DNA from: Cyanobacteria bacterium P01_D01_bin.156
GTDB taxonomy: Bacteria > Cyanobacteriota > Cyanobacteriia > Phormidesmidales > Phormidesmidaceae
DNA: 64,000 nt
Direction: 5' to 3'
NCBI GenBank assembly: GCA_039024555.1
Contig: JBCCQQ010000022.1
Span: 1 to 64,000, forward strand
Shown here: one piece after another, positions 31,825-43,135 of the stretch
Layout of the letters: every line of letters starts with the position of its first letter
Position numbering within the stretch: the stretch's first letter is position 1
The notes under the pieces: generated by a model
What the model was told of the DNA's origin: nothing
The model's input: the letters and a program-made list of their open reading frames with translations, nothing else
The model's database searches: none
Program-made: the position numbers and the translations under genes

Positions 31825-32061
31825 ATGAACCGACCCATACCTTTGCCATCTCATATCCACTATGAGCTTTTACTACAGCTTTTGGAACGTGAGACTGCTG
31901 CTGCTGTATACAAACACTCCCCTCAAAAGGAACAGCTCCAAGAATTAATCATCACACTACGTAAGGCCATGTCTCAGCAAAAACAATTAGAACAAAGTTG
32001 CAGAGTAGCAGACCTATCTGTTGAGTATCACTGGTCACTAAATGGCAAATCAGGGAATTAG
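31825..32061 (+). CDS. Conserved cyanobacterial small protein (DUF5340-like)
   Basis: PIPLPSHIHYELLLQLLER...LRKA..QQKQLE..VEYHWSLN. Confidence 0.8.
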   Translation: MNRPIPLPSHIHYELLLQLLERETAAAVYKHSPQKEQLQELIITLRKAMSQQKQLEQSCRVADLSVEYHWSLNGKSGN

Positions 32062-32092
32062 GTCCCGCAACCAAAACTGACTCACTAAAAAC

Positions 32093-32138
32093 TAATGGCG
32101 TGTCTTTCTCTCTTTCAACTGAGGAAGACACGCCATTA
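32093..32138. terminator. Hairpin between convergent genes, probable bidirectional terminator
   Basis: TAATGGCGTGTCTTTCTC...GAGGAAGACACGCCATTA 18-bp near-perfect stem. Confidence 0.75.
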
Positions 32139-32179
32139 AAATTTTGCAGCCGCTTATAAACGTTAAAGTGACGGCAAAA

Positions 32180-32293
32180 TTAAGGATGTAGCAATAGGTC
32201 AGGGAAGAAACGATTAAACTCAATTAGGATGCCAGCAGTAATCGTCATCCAAATAGCAGCTACCACAGGAGCTGTTGAAAGATATCTCATCAT
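32180..32293 (-). CDS. psaJ: Photosystem I subunit IX
   Basis: YLSTAPV..AIW...[16 protein letters not shown]; directly downstream of psaF. Confidence 0.97.
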   Translation of the reverse strand: MMRYLSTAPVVAAIWMTITAGILIEFNRFFPDLLLHP

Positions 32294-32403
32294 GATAATT
32301 TCGTCCTGAAATAAGAGCGTCGAACAAGCATGAGCACTGAATGCAGCTGAAAGGTTGTACAAGGATAGCCAAATTCGAACCACACTCAGCACAAAACAAT
32401 GCT

Positions 32404-32904
32404 TTAGCGAGGAGAAACAGTGATCTCATCATCCTTAGCAAACATTGCACCAGAGGCCATGTCCTTGAAAGCAGCCAATGGCCACAATGCACCAGACAAA
32501 GAAGACTTAATGGCCAAACTGGTATCAATAATGATTTCCATTTCCTCAGGTTTCTTAGCAGAACGAGCCTCAATCAGATAGGAACGGCCAGCCCAACCAA
32601 TCCAACCAGCAATGTATAGGAAAAGAATGCCAGGAATCACAAACTCACCAAGATGAGCTAGATCGCCATCTACCACGATGTGGGGTAAACCATCTTCACC
32701 ACAAAGCAAGGTGGAATTTGCATAAAAATCGAAACGTGCCTTAGCTGCATCTGTAGTAGCTGCAGACGCGCGCTGTTGGAACGCAGCAGATTCGCCACAG
32801 GGGGTTAAACCCGCTACATTATCTCCAGCAAGACTGGCGGAAGCAGGTGCTGTAAAACCACACCAGAGGCAAATAACTAGAGCCAGAGCAAACAACCGTC
32901 GCAT
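32404..32904 (-). CDS. psaF: Photosystem I subunit III
   Basis: [39 protein letters not shown]. Confidence 0.98.
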   Translation of the reverse strand: MRRLFALALVICLWCGFTAPASASLAGDNVAGLTPCGESAAFQQRASAATTDAAKARFDFYANSTLLCGEDGLPHIVVDGDLAHLGEFVIPGILFLYIAGWIGWAGRSYLIEARSAKKPEEMEIIIDTSLAIKSSLSGALWPLAAFKDMASGAMFAKDDEITVSPR

Positions 32905-33266
32905 AGAGTGTTTCCTTTGTGTTTTACAAAAGACAAAAAAATCGTTGCCGACTTCCAGAATGAATTAACCTTCAAGCTAGGTTAGTCACCGTGGTTACTA
33001 GAAGTAATCATCCTTAGGATCAGCAATCCCAAAAAAGTTAAATTCAGAGAATCTCTTAACTTAGATAACCAACTGTAAAGTTGCCTTCATAGGCATGTAC
33101 CCAAGATGCAAACGAAATTAGTTGACCAATAACACGTCTAGATCGTTTTAAACCAACCAACGTGCACTAAATTAAGGATCTACTTGACTCCCAGGAATCA
33201 TACCTTTCCGCCAAACCCTGACAGGGAAATTGCTCACAAGACTTTACATGCTGACACAATTCACCA

Positions 33267-34325
33267 ATGGCAAAAATCCTTGCAATTGAAACCAGCTGTG
33301 ATGAAACAGCCGCGGCGGTCGTAAGCCAACGACAGGTGTTAAGCAGTGTCGTTGCGTCTCAGATAGATCTCCATCGTCACTACGGGGGTGTAGTTCCAGA
33401 ATTAGCGTCTCGTGAACATTTATTAACGGTAGGAGCTACGGTTGAGACGGCACTGGAGCAAGCTCAGCAGTCATGGACGGATATTGACGCTGTTGCCACA
33501 ACTTGTGCCCCAGGCCTAGTAGGAGCCCTATTAGTCGGAATGAGTGTTGGCAAAACCCTAGCCATGGTGCACCACAAGCCTTTTTTAGGGATGCACCATC
33601 TCGAAGGACACATCTATGCCGCTTATTTGGATTACCCAGAACTACAACCTCCCTTTCTGTGCCTTCTAGTTTCCGGGGGCCACACAAACTTAATTCGGGT
33701 AAATAGCTGTGGCCATTACCAACTTTTGGGCAAAACACGAGACGATGCCGCAGGCGAAGCCTTTGACAAAGTCGCCCGTTTATTAGCTCTAGGCTATCCA
33801 GGTGGCCCTGCCATTGATCGCTTAGCCAAGGAAGGTAACCCTAAAGCCTTTAAGCTCCCGGAGGGAAATATTTCTTTGCCACAAGGGGGCTACCATCCCT
33901 ACGATGCCAGTTTTAGCGGATTAAAGACGGCGGTCCTGCGATTAATAGAACGCCTCCAAGCAGAAGACTTAGGCCCTCTACCAGTAGCCGATATAGCAGC
34001 GAGTTTTCAGCAAGCTGTTGTACGGGCACTGACAAAACGTGCTCTTCGCTGTGCACAGGATCAAAATCTATCAACTATTGTGCTCGGTGGAGGGGTTGCA
34101 GCCAACAGTAGTCTGCGTCAAACATTAACGTCTCAGGCAGCGGCTCAAGGTTTAAATGTCCACATTCCCTCGTTAAAATTTTGTACTGATAATGCCGCCA
34201 TGATGGCCTGTGCTGCTGGAGAGCATTTTGAACGAGGACATCGTTCCAGTCTAGATTTGGGTGTCTTTTCGCGGCTTGATTTGACAGATATTGACCAACT
34301 GTATCAATCATCTAACAGCCACTGA
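33267..34325 (+). CDS. tsaD: tRNA N6-threonylcarbamoyltransferase
   Basis: [43 protein letters not shown]. Confidence 0.97.
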   Translation: MAKILAIETSCDETAAAVVSQRQVLSSVVASQIDLHRHYGGVVPELASREHLLTVGATVETALEQAQQSWTDIDAVATTCAPGLVGALLVGMSVGKTLAMVHHKPFLGMHHLEGHIYAAYLDYPELQPPFLCLLVSGGHTNLIRVNSCGHYQLLGKTRDDAAGEAFDKVARLLALGYPGGPAIDRLAKEGNPKAFKLPEGNISLPQGGYHPYDASFSGLKTAVLRLIERLQAEDLGPLPVADIAASFQQAVVRALTKRALRCAQDQNLSTIVLGGGVAANSSLRQTLTSQAAAQGLNVHIPSLKFCTDNAAMMACAAGEHFERGHRSSLDLGVFSRLDLTDIDQLYQSSNSH

Positions 34326-35185
34326 CGTATCTGGGCTTCAAAGGCATGGGGCTGCTCTAACATCGCAAAGTGACCGCAGCCTTCGAACATTGCGATCGCA
34401 TCTCTCCCTTGGTGAAAAAAATGATGAAAGCTAGCCAGGTGGCTGACATAGCGTGGTTCCATCACCATATCTTGAGCACCGGTGACAAAGTACACAGGCT
34501 GGGCTAGTTGAGAAACAATATTGGGTAGCCGATGCACCTCATCTTCAGTGGTTGAAGCTAATAAAGACTGGGCAGCCGCTTCGAGATCGGCTCGCAGGAA
34601 GTCGACTAGACGCTGGCGCCCCCAACGATAGCTAAGCCGTTGTCTAACCATAACGTTAGAAAAAACCCAAGGCACAATAGGCAAATATTGAAGCCACAAT
34701 GGCCGCCACCCTAGCATTTGCTGACCCGCATTCCGAAACTTTTCGAAAGCATTGCGGATGTAAACGCCACCGCCCGCATTTACACAGATAACCCCCTGTA
34801 TGCGTTGCGGAAACAAATGAGCCGCCCACAAGGCAATGCTGCCGCCAAGGGAATGCCCCATCAGCCATACATTGTCTAACCCCAAGACATCCAATAGGGC
34901 ATTTAAGTCCTGGGCATATGCCCTAAGCCCATAGTCTGAAGTAGTTACAACAGATTGAGAAGTATGCCGTGATAGCTCTTGGGTAGAGTCACCAAATCCT
35001 CGTAAATCATAGGCTAGGCAAGCAATATCTGGAGCCAGCTGCTCCATTAGGGGGTACCAATAAGCACGACTCAATAGCCAGCCATGAATACAGATCAGTA
35101 CTGAACGATGTCTTGAGGTAGACGAAAATAAATTAGGAGTGAAGTCATAGGAATGAGGCACTCCAAGAACAGGCGTCACCACCAT
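34304..35185 (-). CDS. Alpha/beta hydrolase
   Basis: HGW oxyanion motif, YDLRGFG, GHSLGG, GHFAM. Confidence 0.9.
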   Translation of the reverse strand: MVVTPVLGVPHSYDFTPNLFSSTSRHRSVLICIHGWLLSRAYWYPLMEQLAPDIACLAYDLRGFGDSTQELSRHTSQSVVTTSDYGLRAYAQDLNALLDVLGLDNVWLMGHSLGGSIALWAAHLFPQRIQGVICVNAGGGVYIRNAFEKFRNAGQQMLGWRPLWLQYLPIVPWVFSNVMVRQRLSYRWGRQRLVDFLRADLEAAAQSLLASTTEDEVHRLPNIVSQLAQPVYFVTGAQDMVMEPRYVSHLASFHHFFHQGRDAIAMFEGCGHFAMLEQPHAFEAQIRQWLLDD

Positions 35186-35310
35186 GATGCAAATAACAGG
35201 CGTGTAACGACATTAAAACTTGAATCAGTCCCACAGAACTCATGCAAGCATTGACATGGAAAAGGTGCAAAGACAATGCCTTAAAGCATCACCAAGCACT
35301 TGCTACACTT

Positions 35311-36036
35311 CTAATAAAGACCGCTTAACAAACGCTCGCGCATACCATCTGCAATTTTGTGCCCTAAATATTCAGGAATCAAACTTTCATTTGGACCCAA
35401 TAGGTACAAAATTAGTCGCGTCCGACCTCTCCACACCAACAGATTAGCATTCACCACAAGTAGATCCTCTTGCCAAATAGCGTACATCACCTTGTAGAAC
35501 AAACCAGGTTGGTTATCCGCCTCAATCAGTAGAGCTGGCAGATGAAAAACAGGATCAACATAAAATTCAGTTTCAACCTTTTCTAAACCCGCGTTGAGAT
35601 TGAACTCAACACTCAACATTTCCTCTACCTCGTAGCGGCCTGCCAAAGCCTCACGAATAGCACGACAGGTATTATCAGCCGTTTTTTCACTAAGTGCCTT
35701 ACCACCTCTGGATACTACTAGTTTTACAAATACCAACATGGGTGGATAAATCTGCCCATAGAGACTCAGGCTATGAATTGTCAACCCATAAGCTGCTAAA
35801 ACCCCAAAAATATCGCTCAGGAGAAATGATTGATTACGATAGGCAAAATGTAGAGCGCTACGATTGCCTTCGGGTTTAATCTCAATGACGGCTTTTTTAG
35901 TTTTGTAGAGCTGATAAGCGAGTCGTAAATTTTGTAACTGGATTTCACTACTGACAAATTGCTTATAAAACTTTGGAAACGCTCGGTTGAAACGCTTCAA
36001 CAATTCCACTGTCGATGTCTTTAATCCAGCTGCCAT
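35311..36036 (-). CDS. Conserved hypothetical protein with two ACT-like domains
   Basis: NQSFLLSDIFGVLAAYGLTIH and ADNQPGLFYKVMYAIWQEDLLV resemble tandem ACT repeats. Confidence 0.65.
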   Translation of the reverse strand: MAAGLKTSTVELLKRFNRAFPKFYKQFVSSEIQLQNLRLAYQLYKTKKAVIEIKPEGNRSALHFAYRNQSFLLSDIFGVLAAYGLTIHSLSLYGQIYPPMLVFVKLVVSRGGKALSEKTADNTCRAIREALAGRYEVEEMLSVEFNLNAGLEKVETEFYVDPVFHLPALLIEADNQPGLFYKVMYAIWQEDLLVVNANLLVWRGRTRLILYLLGPNESLIPEYLGHKIADGMRERLLSGLY

Positions 36037-36339
36037 AGATTTTCAGAAACTGTACGGGTTATAAACTCACTCGGTGTTCTCCATTGATCAGCCCGACAAA
36101 CGCTTATCTTTAAAGGAGGGCATAGTGTGCTCATGCACTGGATAATATGCCCGCAGTAGCTTGTCATCAGTGCTAAAGAACATCATGCCCAGTTACTGGA
36201 TAAAGCCCGCCCGTAAAAATGCTCATTGAGATACATCTATTTGCACGACAGTTTATCCATCTGTTACCCAGTTTTGCTAGATTCTAAATCAATGTTTTTA
36301 CCTTCCTAGGAAAGGATAGACCTATACTGCTAGAGTTAA

Positions 36340-36888
<549 letters not shown>

Positions 36889-36897
36889 CCTCACAAG

Positions 36898-37317
36898 CTA
36901 TCTGAACAACTCTTTAGCTTCAAGAACCCACTGAGATACCTGAGCTACATTTGGGCTGAGGTCAGCTCTTTGCATCAGCTTGATTTGGAGCCGCCTCAGC
37001 TGGGCATGGAGTTGAGTGGCAGGCAAAAGCGCCAACTGCTGCGGGGAACTGATACCAGCATGAAGAAGTAAGCCACAATATTGACAGCCAACACTAGGAA
37101 TACAGGCTAACTTAGCTAAGGCAGCCCATTTATTCACGTACTTAATGTGAGAGTTGAGCTGACGGGCAAGTTCTGAGCGCGCTGATTGGTTGCGGGTTGC
37201 ATTGAGCAGCTGCAGAGTTGTGGTAATTTTAAGGGCCTTGAGCTGGCATTGGTGCTGCATGGAAACACCTGGTAACTCCTCAATTGCCCAATTTTGAATT
37301 CTTACGGATGACATCAT
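36898..37317 (-). CDS. DUF4332-like protein
   Basis: IEELPG, KWAALAKLACIPSVG.QY.GLLLHAGI, VSQWV. Confidence 0.75.
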   Translation of the reverse strand: MMSSVRIQNWAIEELPGVSMQHQCQLKALKITTTLQLLNATRNQSARSELARQLNSHIKYVNKWAALAKLACIPSVGCQYCGLLLHAGISSPQQLALLPATQLHAQLRRLQIKLMQRADLSPNVAQVSQWVLEAKELFR

Positions 37318-37425
37318 CAAAATTTTGAATTAGAAACTCACAGGGTAAGGAAGAGGGTATATTAGGACAGGTTACAAACCTGCTAAGCTAGAAATCCTAA
37401 GGATAGTTTAGAATATGTTTGACTA

Positions 37426-37499
37426 CGGGATGTAGCGCAGCTTGGTAGCGCGCCTGCTTTGGGAGCAGGATGTCGCAGGTTCGAATCCTGTCATCCCGA
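37426..37499 (+). tRNA. trnP-TGG: tRNA-Pro(TGG)
   Basis: CGGGATG stem, CCTGC-TTTGGGA-GCAGG anticodon arm, GGTTCGAATCC. Confidence 0.97.
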
Positions 37500-37748
37500 T
37501 TTTTATGATTTGAGTGGGTTAGTAACTTCTGCTCAAATAGCCTGCAGCCAGTATGTTCTACAACCTACTGGCAACTATCTTTGGAAGCGAGTTAGTAGAG
37601 CATATGTAACACTCAAAACTATGCCCTAACGTTCATTTTCACAGTGCTTTCATGTATGACGGACAGGCTAAGCTGTAGTTGTCGTGATGGGTCAGTTGTG
37701 TCACTCGGTTAATAAGTATTTTCAGAGAAATTGAGTCTGGAGGACGTT

Positions 37749-38498
37749 ATGAAAACGATGTTTAGACATCTATTTTTTGGTCTGCTTGGGAGCAGTCTGA
37801 TCGCGTCAAGCAATCCCCCCCTAGCTATGGCACTGTCGGAGGATGAAATACTGGAGAAATTGGCAATCGTTCCTGTATTTATTCTTTTAGAAGAGTCAGG
37901 TAGCTGGACTAGGAACGTAGTTGATTTACCCAATGACGGTTTAGGTTACGTCGCTGCAATGAGGGTTTTCTTCAACGAAGCCGACTTAATCAGTTTTGTG
38001 GAAACAGTTCGTTTGGAAAATCCCACATTTCATCAGGGAGGCACATTTGGCATTATTGATTTAGCCACTATTATGCGTCGAGGTTCTGAGAACCAGGAAA
38101 TTCCCCTAAGCCCTATTTTTGTTCCATCTACTGAGGCATTTGAAGCAGCCCGAGCTCTGGAGAGTAATTTTAGGGGTGTTCCATTATTTGCTTTACAAGA
38201 TGCTCCAGGCAGCTATCTACCTCTGTCTAGTAATGGAGAGGGAGATGAAACTGTCTTTTCCATGTTTTTTTCTAAGCAGGATGCAGAAATTGTTTTAGAC
38301 GATATCAATCGCGAGAACCCGGATAATCCGGTTGTAGCTCAGACGCAGGTAGGCGTGATCTCATTTGCTGACTTTTTGGATAACTTGCGGAACAGTAATG
38401 ACCAAAAGTTTCAATTTGTTCGTTTTGCCCCTGACTCCGAAGTTGTTAATCAGATTCAAAACTTACAAAGAGCGCTGCAAAATCAGCAAGCACCTTAA
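37749..38498 (+). CDS. Tic22-like periplasmic protein (divergent)
   Basis: Signal peptide then ALSEDEILEKL..VPVF, FRGVPLF, FFSKQDA. Confidence 0.75.
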   Translation: MKTMFRHLFFGLLGSSLIASSNPPLAMALSEDEILEKLAIVPVFILLEESGSWTRNVVDLPNDGLGYVAAMRVFFNEADLISFVETVRLENPTFHQGGTFGIIDLATIMRRGSENQEIPLSPIFVPSTEAFEAARALESNFRGVPLFALQDAPGSYLPLSSNGEGDETVFSMFFSKQDAEIVLDDINRENPDNPVVAQTQVGVISFADFLDNLRNSNDQKFQFVRFAPDSEVVNQIQNLQRALQNQQAP

Positions 38499-38584
38499 CG
38501 GCTCTATTTAGTTTTGATTTTATTTTCTCAATAGAAAACCACAGATTGATGAGACGGCCTGGTGACTAGTTCTTGAGAAAAGAT

Positions 38585-39805
38585 CTACGAAAGTTGGAGT
38601 AGGAGATTATAAATCTGATGAGCAACAGCGAGCTTTGTTCCCTGACTGAGGGGCGTTTGATGGCAGCGACGGTCTATAAAAATGCCCTGATTAAATGGAC
38701 TACCAAATCCACTCTCTGGCTGGTCAACTGGATTGGCCACGATAGCATCTAGCCCTTTACGCTGAAGCTTATCTACGGCAGGAGCAGCTATATTTCCAGT
38801 TTGTGCAGCAAACCCAACTAATACTTGCTCGATGCGTTTGTGGACAGCCAGCTTAGCTACGATGTCTGGCACTGCATCTAACGGTAACGGATTTGGTAAC
38901 TTTGCCTTAGGTAGCTTACCGATCACCTGCTCTTGGGGACGTAGGTCAGCGACTGCAGCCGCCATGATGATCCAATCTGCGGTACTCACTTGAGATATGA
39001 GCGCTGCTTCCATGTCAGCGGCGCTTACCACCGGTATGGTTTGCACCGTACCGGGAATAGTCTGACGCAGATGGGTTTCCATAGGGCCATGCACTAAGAC
39101 CACTTGGGCACCTCGATACATGGCTGCAGTAGCCAGAGCAATCCCCATCCGCCCCGTAGATGGGTTGCCAATATAGCGAACAGCATCGATGTATTCCTGA
39201 GTGCTGCCAGTGCTAATCAGAATTCGTTTGCCTTTTAGATCGCGAGAGCTGCTATGGAGTAAGGATTCTATGGCAGCTAGGATGGCTTGAGGTTCAGCCA
39301 TACGTCCGGTGCCAATGCGATCGCACGCCAACCGTCCAGCCGCTGGCCCTACTGCATGATATCGATCGTCAGTTAGCACCTGCTGCCAGTTGCGTTGAAC
39401 AGAGGGCTGCAGCCACATATCTGTGTTCATCGCCGGAGCTAGCAGCACTGGACAAGTAGATGCCAAAACAGTGTTAGTTAATAAATTATCTGCTAGTCCA
39501 CCAGCCAACTTACCCAAGGTATTTGCCGTCAACGGTGCAACCAGAAATAGATCAGCCCACTCCCCCAGTTCAATATGCAAAGGCCGCCCCTGAGAGGCAG
39601 ACCAAAAGTCCTCATCTCTATAAGCTTCGTGTCGGGCCAATGTGGCGAAGGTTAACGCCGATACAAAAGATTCAGCCGCAGAGGTCATAATGACCTTTAC
39701 CGGCCACTCTCGTTTAGCAAGGGTGGAAACAACTTCACACACTTTGTAGGCTGCGATACCACCACTTACACCAATGAGCACATTGGCTGCTCTACGTGCT
39801 TTCAT
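38585..39805 (-). CDS. coaBC: Phosphopantothenoylcysteine decarboxylase/synthetase
   Basis: GGIAAYK, APLTANTLGK, APAMN, GNPSTGRMG, AAAVAD, VGFAA. Confidence 0.96.
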   Translation of the reverse strand: MKARRAANVLIGVSGGIAAYKVCEVVSTLAKREWPVKVIMTSAAESFVSALTFATLARHEAYRDEDFWSASQGRPLHIELGEWADLFLVAPLTANTLGKLAGGLADNLLTNTVLASTCPVLLAPAMNTDMWLQPSVQRNWQQVLTDDRYHAVGPAAGRLACDRIGTGRMAEPQAILAAIESLLHSSSRDLKGKRILISTGSTQEYIDAVRYIGNPSTGRMGIALATAAMYRGAQVVLVHGPMETHLRQTIPGTVQTIPVVSAADMEAALISQVSTADWIIMAAAVADLRPQEQVIGKLPKAKLPNPLPLDAVPDIVAKLAVHKRIEQVLVGFAAQTGNIAAPAVDKLQRKGLDAIVANPVDQPESGFGSPFNQGIFIDRRCHQTPLSQGTKLAVAHQIYNLLLQLS

Positions 39806-39815
39806 TTAGCAACGT

Positions 39816-40037
39816 TTAGGCTTCGTCGTAAGCTTCCATATCTAGAAGATGGACATAGCCTTGAATCAGCTCAGGACGCTGAAACGCAACTGAACGCAGA
39901 CGATGCCAATCTTGTAGCCCTTCAAAGGCAGTGGCATATTCGTCTTTCTCTAAACGTTGAGCCAACCGATCCACATCTTCCTGAGTGACATCGGCAATAG
40001 GCTTAGTGATGCTATTGGAAACTTGAGTTGAAACCAT
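39816..40037 (-). CDS. Conserved cyanobacterial small protein (DUF2555-like)
   Basis: LAQRLEKDEY..AFEGLQDWH.LR.VAFQRPEL...Y.HLLD.EAYDEA. Confidence 0.8.
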   Translation of the reverse strand: MVSTQVSNSITKPIADVTQEDVDRLAQRLEKDEYATAFEGLQDWHRLRSVAFQRPELIQGYVHLLDMEAYDEA

Positions 40038-40129
40038 GATGCTGGCTCCTTTGGGCTGGGCGCTGATATTAGTCTATGCGCTATGAGTCTTGCTGTCCCG
40101 TAATAGGTTTGAAATGTTACACCGATTTC

Positions 40130-40768
40130 TTAAAGTTCTTGACAAAATTTTTGAGCTACTTCTAGAACCTGCAAGCTAATCTCATGTCCCATGGGAAATT
40201 CGTGATAATCCACAGCCATCGCTATGTTATCCAACGCTGATTTTGTACGACGTGCTTGATCAATGGGAACAACCAAATCCTGAACACCATGAACCAACAA
40301 AATGGGGCGAGGTGTGGTCGGAAGCTTTAACGACTGACTATGCATATAACCGCTTAAAACCATCATGCCTGCCAGAGGAAACTCCATCCCGACGTCAAGG
40401 GTCATGGCTCCCCCCTGGGAAAAGCCACCTAATACGGTTTTGTCTAGAGGAATTCCTGTTTGATTGGGCAAAGCCGTCAGCCACTCGATTAAACTCTGTC
40501 GGCTTTGTTGTAGGTCTGCCCGACTGTCACAGGGTTGATCAAAATCAAAAATCGCTGGTAGCGCATACCACATTCGTCCACCTGGAGCTGCCATGCCCCC
40601 AGCTACCTGATGGGGATGGGGGGCATCAGGAAACAGCATTTGGTAATTAGCCAGCTGCATGTAGGGCGCAATGCCAGCCACATCCTGGGCATTGGCACCC
40701 CAGCCGTGGAGCAAGACAAGCAAGTATTCTGCAGTTGGATCGCCAGCAGACAAGGCATGAAGGGACAT
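40130..40768 (-). CDS. Phospholipase/carboxylesterase family alpha/beta hydrolase
   Basis: LHGWGAN, GFSQGG, HGVQD.VV, MGHEI. Confidence 0.9.
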   Translation of the reverse strand: MSLHALSAGDPTAEYLLVLLHGWGANAQDVAGIAPYMQLANYQMLFPDAPHPHQVAGGMAAPGGRMWYALPAIFDFDQPCDSRADLQQSRQSLIEWLTALPNQTGIPLDKTVLGGFSQGGAMTLDVGMEFPLAGMMVLSGYMHSQSLKLPTTPRPILLVHGVQDLVVPIDQARRTKSALDNIAMAVDYHEFPMGHEISLQVLEVAQKFCQEL

Positions 40769-40994
40769 AAGCAGCGATGGGCAAAGGACCACCACAGATT
40801 TTACTGTCCTCTTGGGAAGGGCTTATCAAAAGAAACAAAATAACGTCGGACTTTGGGCACCGCTCGGGCAACCATCGTCATAGCTGGTACAGCGATCCTT
40901 ATTTAACCGGTTTTGTAAGTCCTATCCCTAACTAATCAGAGTTTCGCTGTTTAGTCTCAGGCACTTAACTAGCACTTGACAAGTGGTAGTAACT

Positions 40995-42113
40995 TTAGGT
41001 GCCCGTCGAGTTCGCTGTAGAAAAAGATTCTGAGTCTTTTTTAATATCATCGGGAACGTGAAGGGCTTGCGATAACTCATGCAGATCTGGCCAGGAGGTC
41101 TCATCGTCGGCTTTAACTTTTAGAAGCCTTGTTTTCTGAAAATTTGCTGTATGAAGATTTGCCTTTTCGAGATTAGCGAAAGACAGATTAGCTTCCTCAA
41201 AGTTAGTACCAAAACAAAAAATTTCTTGTAGCCTGGAACCGTACAAGCTAGCAGCCTTAAAGTTGGCCTGTTCAAGCCAGGACTGCTCAAGATTAGATTG
41301 AACCAAAGTAGCTTCTTGCAAATTAGCCTGAGTAAGAGTGACCTTCTTCAGATTAGCCTGAGAGATCTTTGCTTTCTGAAGATTTGCGTTGGAAAGATTA
41401 GCTTCTGACAGGTTACTTCCTCTGAGGTCAGCTTCTTGAAAGTTTGTTCTGTAAAGCTGTGCTCCTTGAAGATTCACTCCAATTAGATTGGATTTACTAA
41501 GATTAGCTCCGGAAAGATCAATCCCTTGAAGGTCAGCACCTTTGAGATTTAGTCGCAACCTACTAATGATCTCAGCTTCTGCCAGAAATCGGATCACGCT
41601 GCTTTTGCGGTCTAAATCGTTTTCAAAGCGTCTCAGGATGGATAATGTTCTGGCTCGGATAACATCTAGCGAGGACTCTAATAGTTCCTTATTTTCAGTA
41701 CTAGCGTTTGCCCCCCTACTGGCAATAGCCATCAAGTTTTTATCGATCAGCAACGTTGATATTCGATCAAAGTAGAGCTGCAAGACTTCTTCTCGGATTT
41801 CGTCCGCATCTTGCTCCCTTTGCTCTCTGGCAGTGCGCTCAGCTTGCTCCTGCTGAGTTTTCTGGAACCAAGCTCCTAATATCGCCAAAACTAATGGCAC
41901 TCCCAGCACGTTGAGGCCATCCCACAAAGATTTACCAGGAGCCTTGACAGTAATATCCTGGGTCTCTGTGCTGGGATTTCCTTGGCTGTCTACGATTTCT
42001 CGCTCAATAGTGACAGTCGCTAAATCATCTGCGCCGAAACCCCATTTACCCGGCCATACCAAGGTGTTGCACCAATAAGCCCAGTTGCCAATGCTAGACC
42101 ACTGAGAAGTCAT
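40995..42113 (-). CDS. Pentapeptide repeat protein with N-terminal TM segment
   Basis: Long A(D/N)Lxx repeat tract; KSLWD.L..LGVP TM segment, RARTLSILR; start uncertain. Confidence 0.9.
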   Translation of the reverse strand: MTSQWSSIGNWAYWCNTLVWPGKWGFGADDLATVTIEREIVDSQGNPSTETQDITVKAPGKSLWDGLNVLGVPLVLAILGAWFQKTQQEQAERTAREQREQDADEIREEVLQLYFDRISTLLIDKNLMAIASRGANASTENKELLESSLDVIRARTLSILRRFENDLDRKSSVIRFLAEAEIISRLRLNLKGADLQGIDLSGANLSKSNLIGVNLQGAQLYRTNFQEADLRGSNLSEANLSNANLQKAKISQANLKKVTLTQANLQEATLVQSNLEQSWLEQANFKAASLYGSRLQEIFCFGTNFEEANLSFANLEKANLHTANFQKTRLLKVKADDETSWPDLHELSQALHVPDDIKKDSESFSTANSTGT

Positions 42114-42327
42114 ATCTTTTTCCCAATCCAATTGGCGACTGCTTTTCTGGTAGGCAGTGTAGTCTTGAGTCTATCCAAAGCTTTACTGATGTAATTCACC
42201 CTACTCGGGATGATACAAGCTCAATTCCGTTGATTTAGAATTTTTGATGCGATTTTGCTAAGCCAGCCTGTTTGAATACCTGTTTGCTTCAGTTCAAATG
42301 ATTGCTGCGTCAATCACGAGAGAGGTA

Positions 42328-42900
42328 TTAAGGATTAGGTAAGGGGGGAAGCATATCTGAGATAGCAACCCTTAATTCCTCAAATGCCATGGCCGAAGCC
42401 ACCAATGTTTCAGCCAAAATACTCTGGGCCTGATATCGACCATTTTGGGGTTGTCGAAACTGATAGAGCTGACGTTCCACCACATCTAGAACCCAATACT
42501 CCTGAATCCCTGCCGCCGCGTAAAGAGGGGCTTTGGTCTCCAAATCGTATTTCAGACTCGAATCAGCTATTTCAATGACAAGCAATACTTCATCTGGGGC
42601 AGGATGGTGAGTGCTGTAGTCCAGCAGATCCCGCTTAGCAATGACAATATCAGGCTCTGGTTCAGAATAATTGTCTAATGCGATTGGGTCTTGAACTCTG
42701 ATAGAAACCTGTTTTCCCAATGCTAGCTGCCAACATTCTTGCGTCCGTAGTGTTGCCGAAGTATGGGCAAACCCTTTGGCAATCATGGGAATAATTTCTC
42801 CATCAATGAGTTCCGTCCGCTCATTAGCCGCAAGGATGCCCAGTTCACCCATACGCATATATTCATCAACTGTGAAGCGACGGGAGCGACTAGCAACCAT
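42328..42900 (-). CDS. Uma2 family putative endonuclease
   Basis: FTVDEY, ELIDGEI, SEPEPD, LVIEIADSSL..D...K..LYA.AGI.EYW. Confidence 0.92.
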   Translation of the reverse strand: MVASRSRRFTVDEYMRMGELGILAANERTELIDGEIIPMIAKGFAHTSATLRTQECWQLALGKQVSIRVQDPIALDNYSEPEPDIVIAKRDLLDYSTHHPAPDEVLLVIEIADSSLKYDLETKAPLYAAAGIQEYWVLDVVERQLYQFRQPQNGRYQAQSILAETLVASAMAFEELRVAISDMLPPLPNP

Positions 42901-43007
42901 ATCTAGAGCATTGCATTAGATAACCATGTTCATAGTATAAAAACTCTCTTTGCGTTCTAACCTAGAAAAGCTCCACCATATCCAAGGGAAAAGCTAACGG
43001 TTCTCAA

Positions 43008-43082
43008 CTAAACCTTGGCCACGTCCAGAAATGTGGGTTTTCCGGCAGGAAAGCTACAGATTTTAACTTGGACGCGGTTTAG
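43008..43082 (+). promoter_or_regulatory. Predicted stem-loop in the purH leader
   Basis: CTAAACC/GGTTTAG, CGTCCA/TGGACG and TGTGGGTTTTCC-GGCA-GGAAAGCTACA (GNRA loop). Confidence 0.4.
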
Positions 43083-43135
43083 AACTTAAAATTTTGGATG
43101 TGGCTGATGTTTACCTACCCCGAGATAGAACGTCC

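Noticed and set aside
42960..43130. 6S RNA, SRP RNA or ZTP riboswitch before purH
   Set aside because: A hairpin is present but the consensus sequences of these families are not; kept only as an unassigned structure
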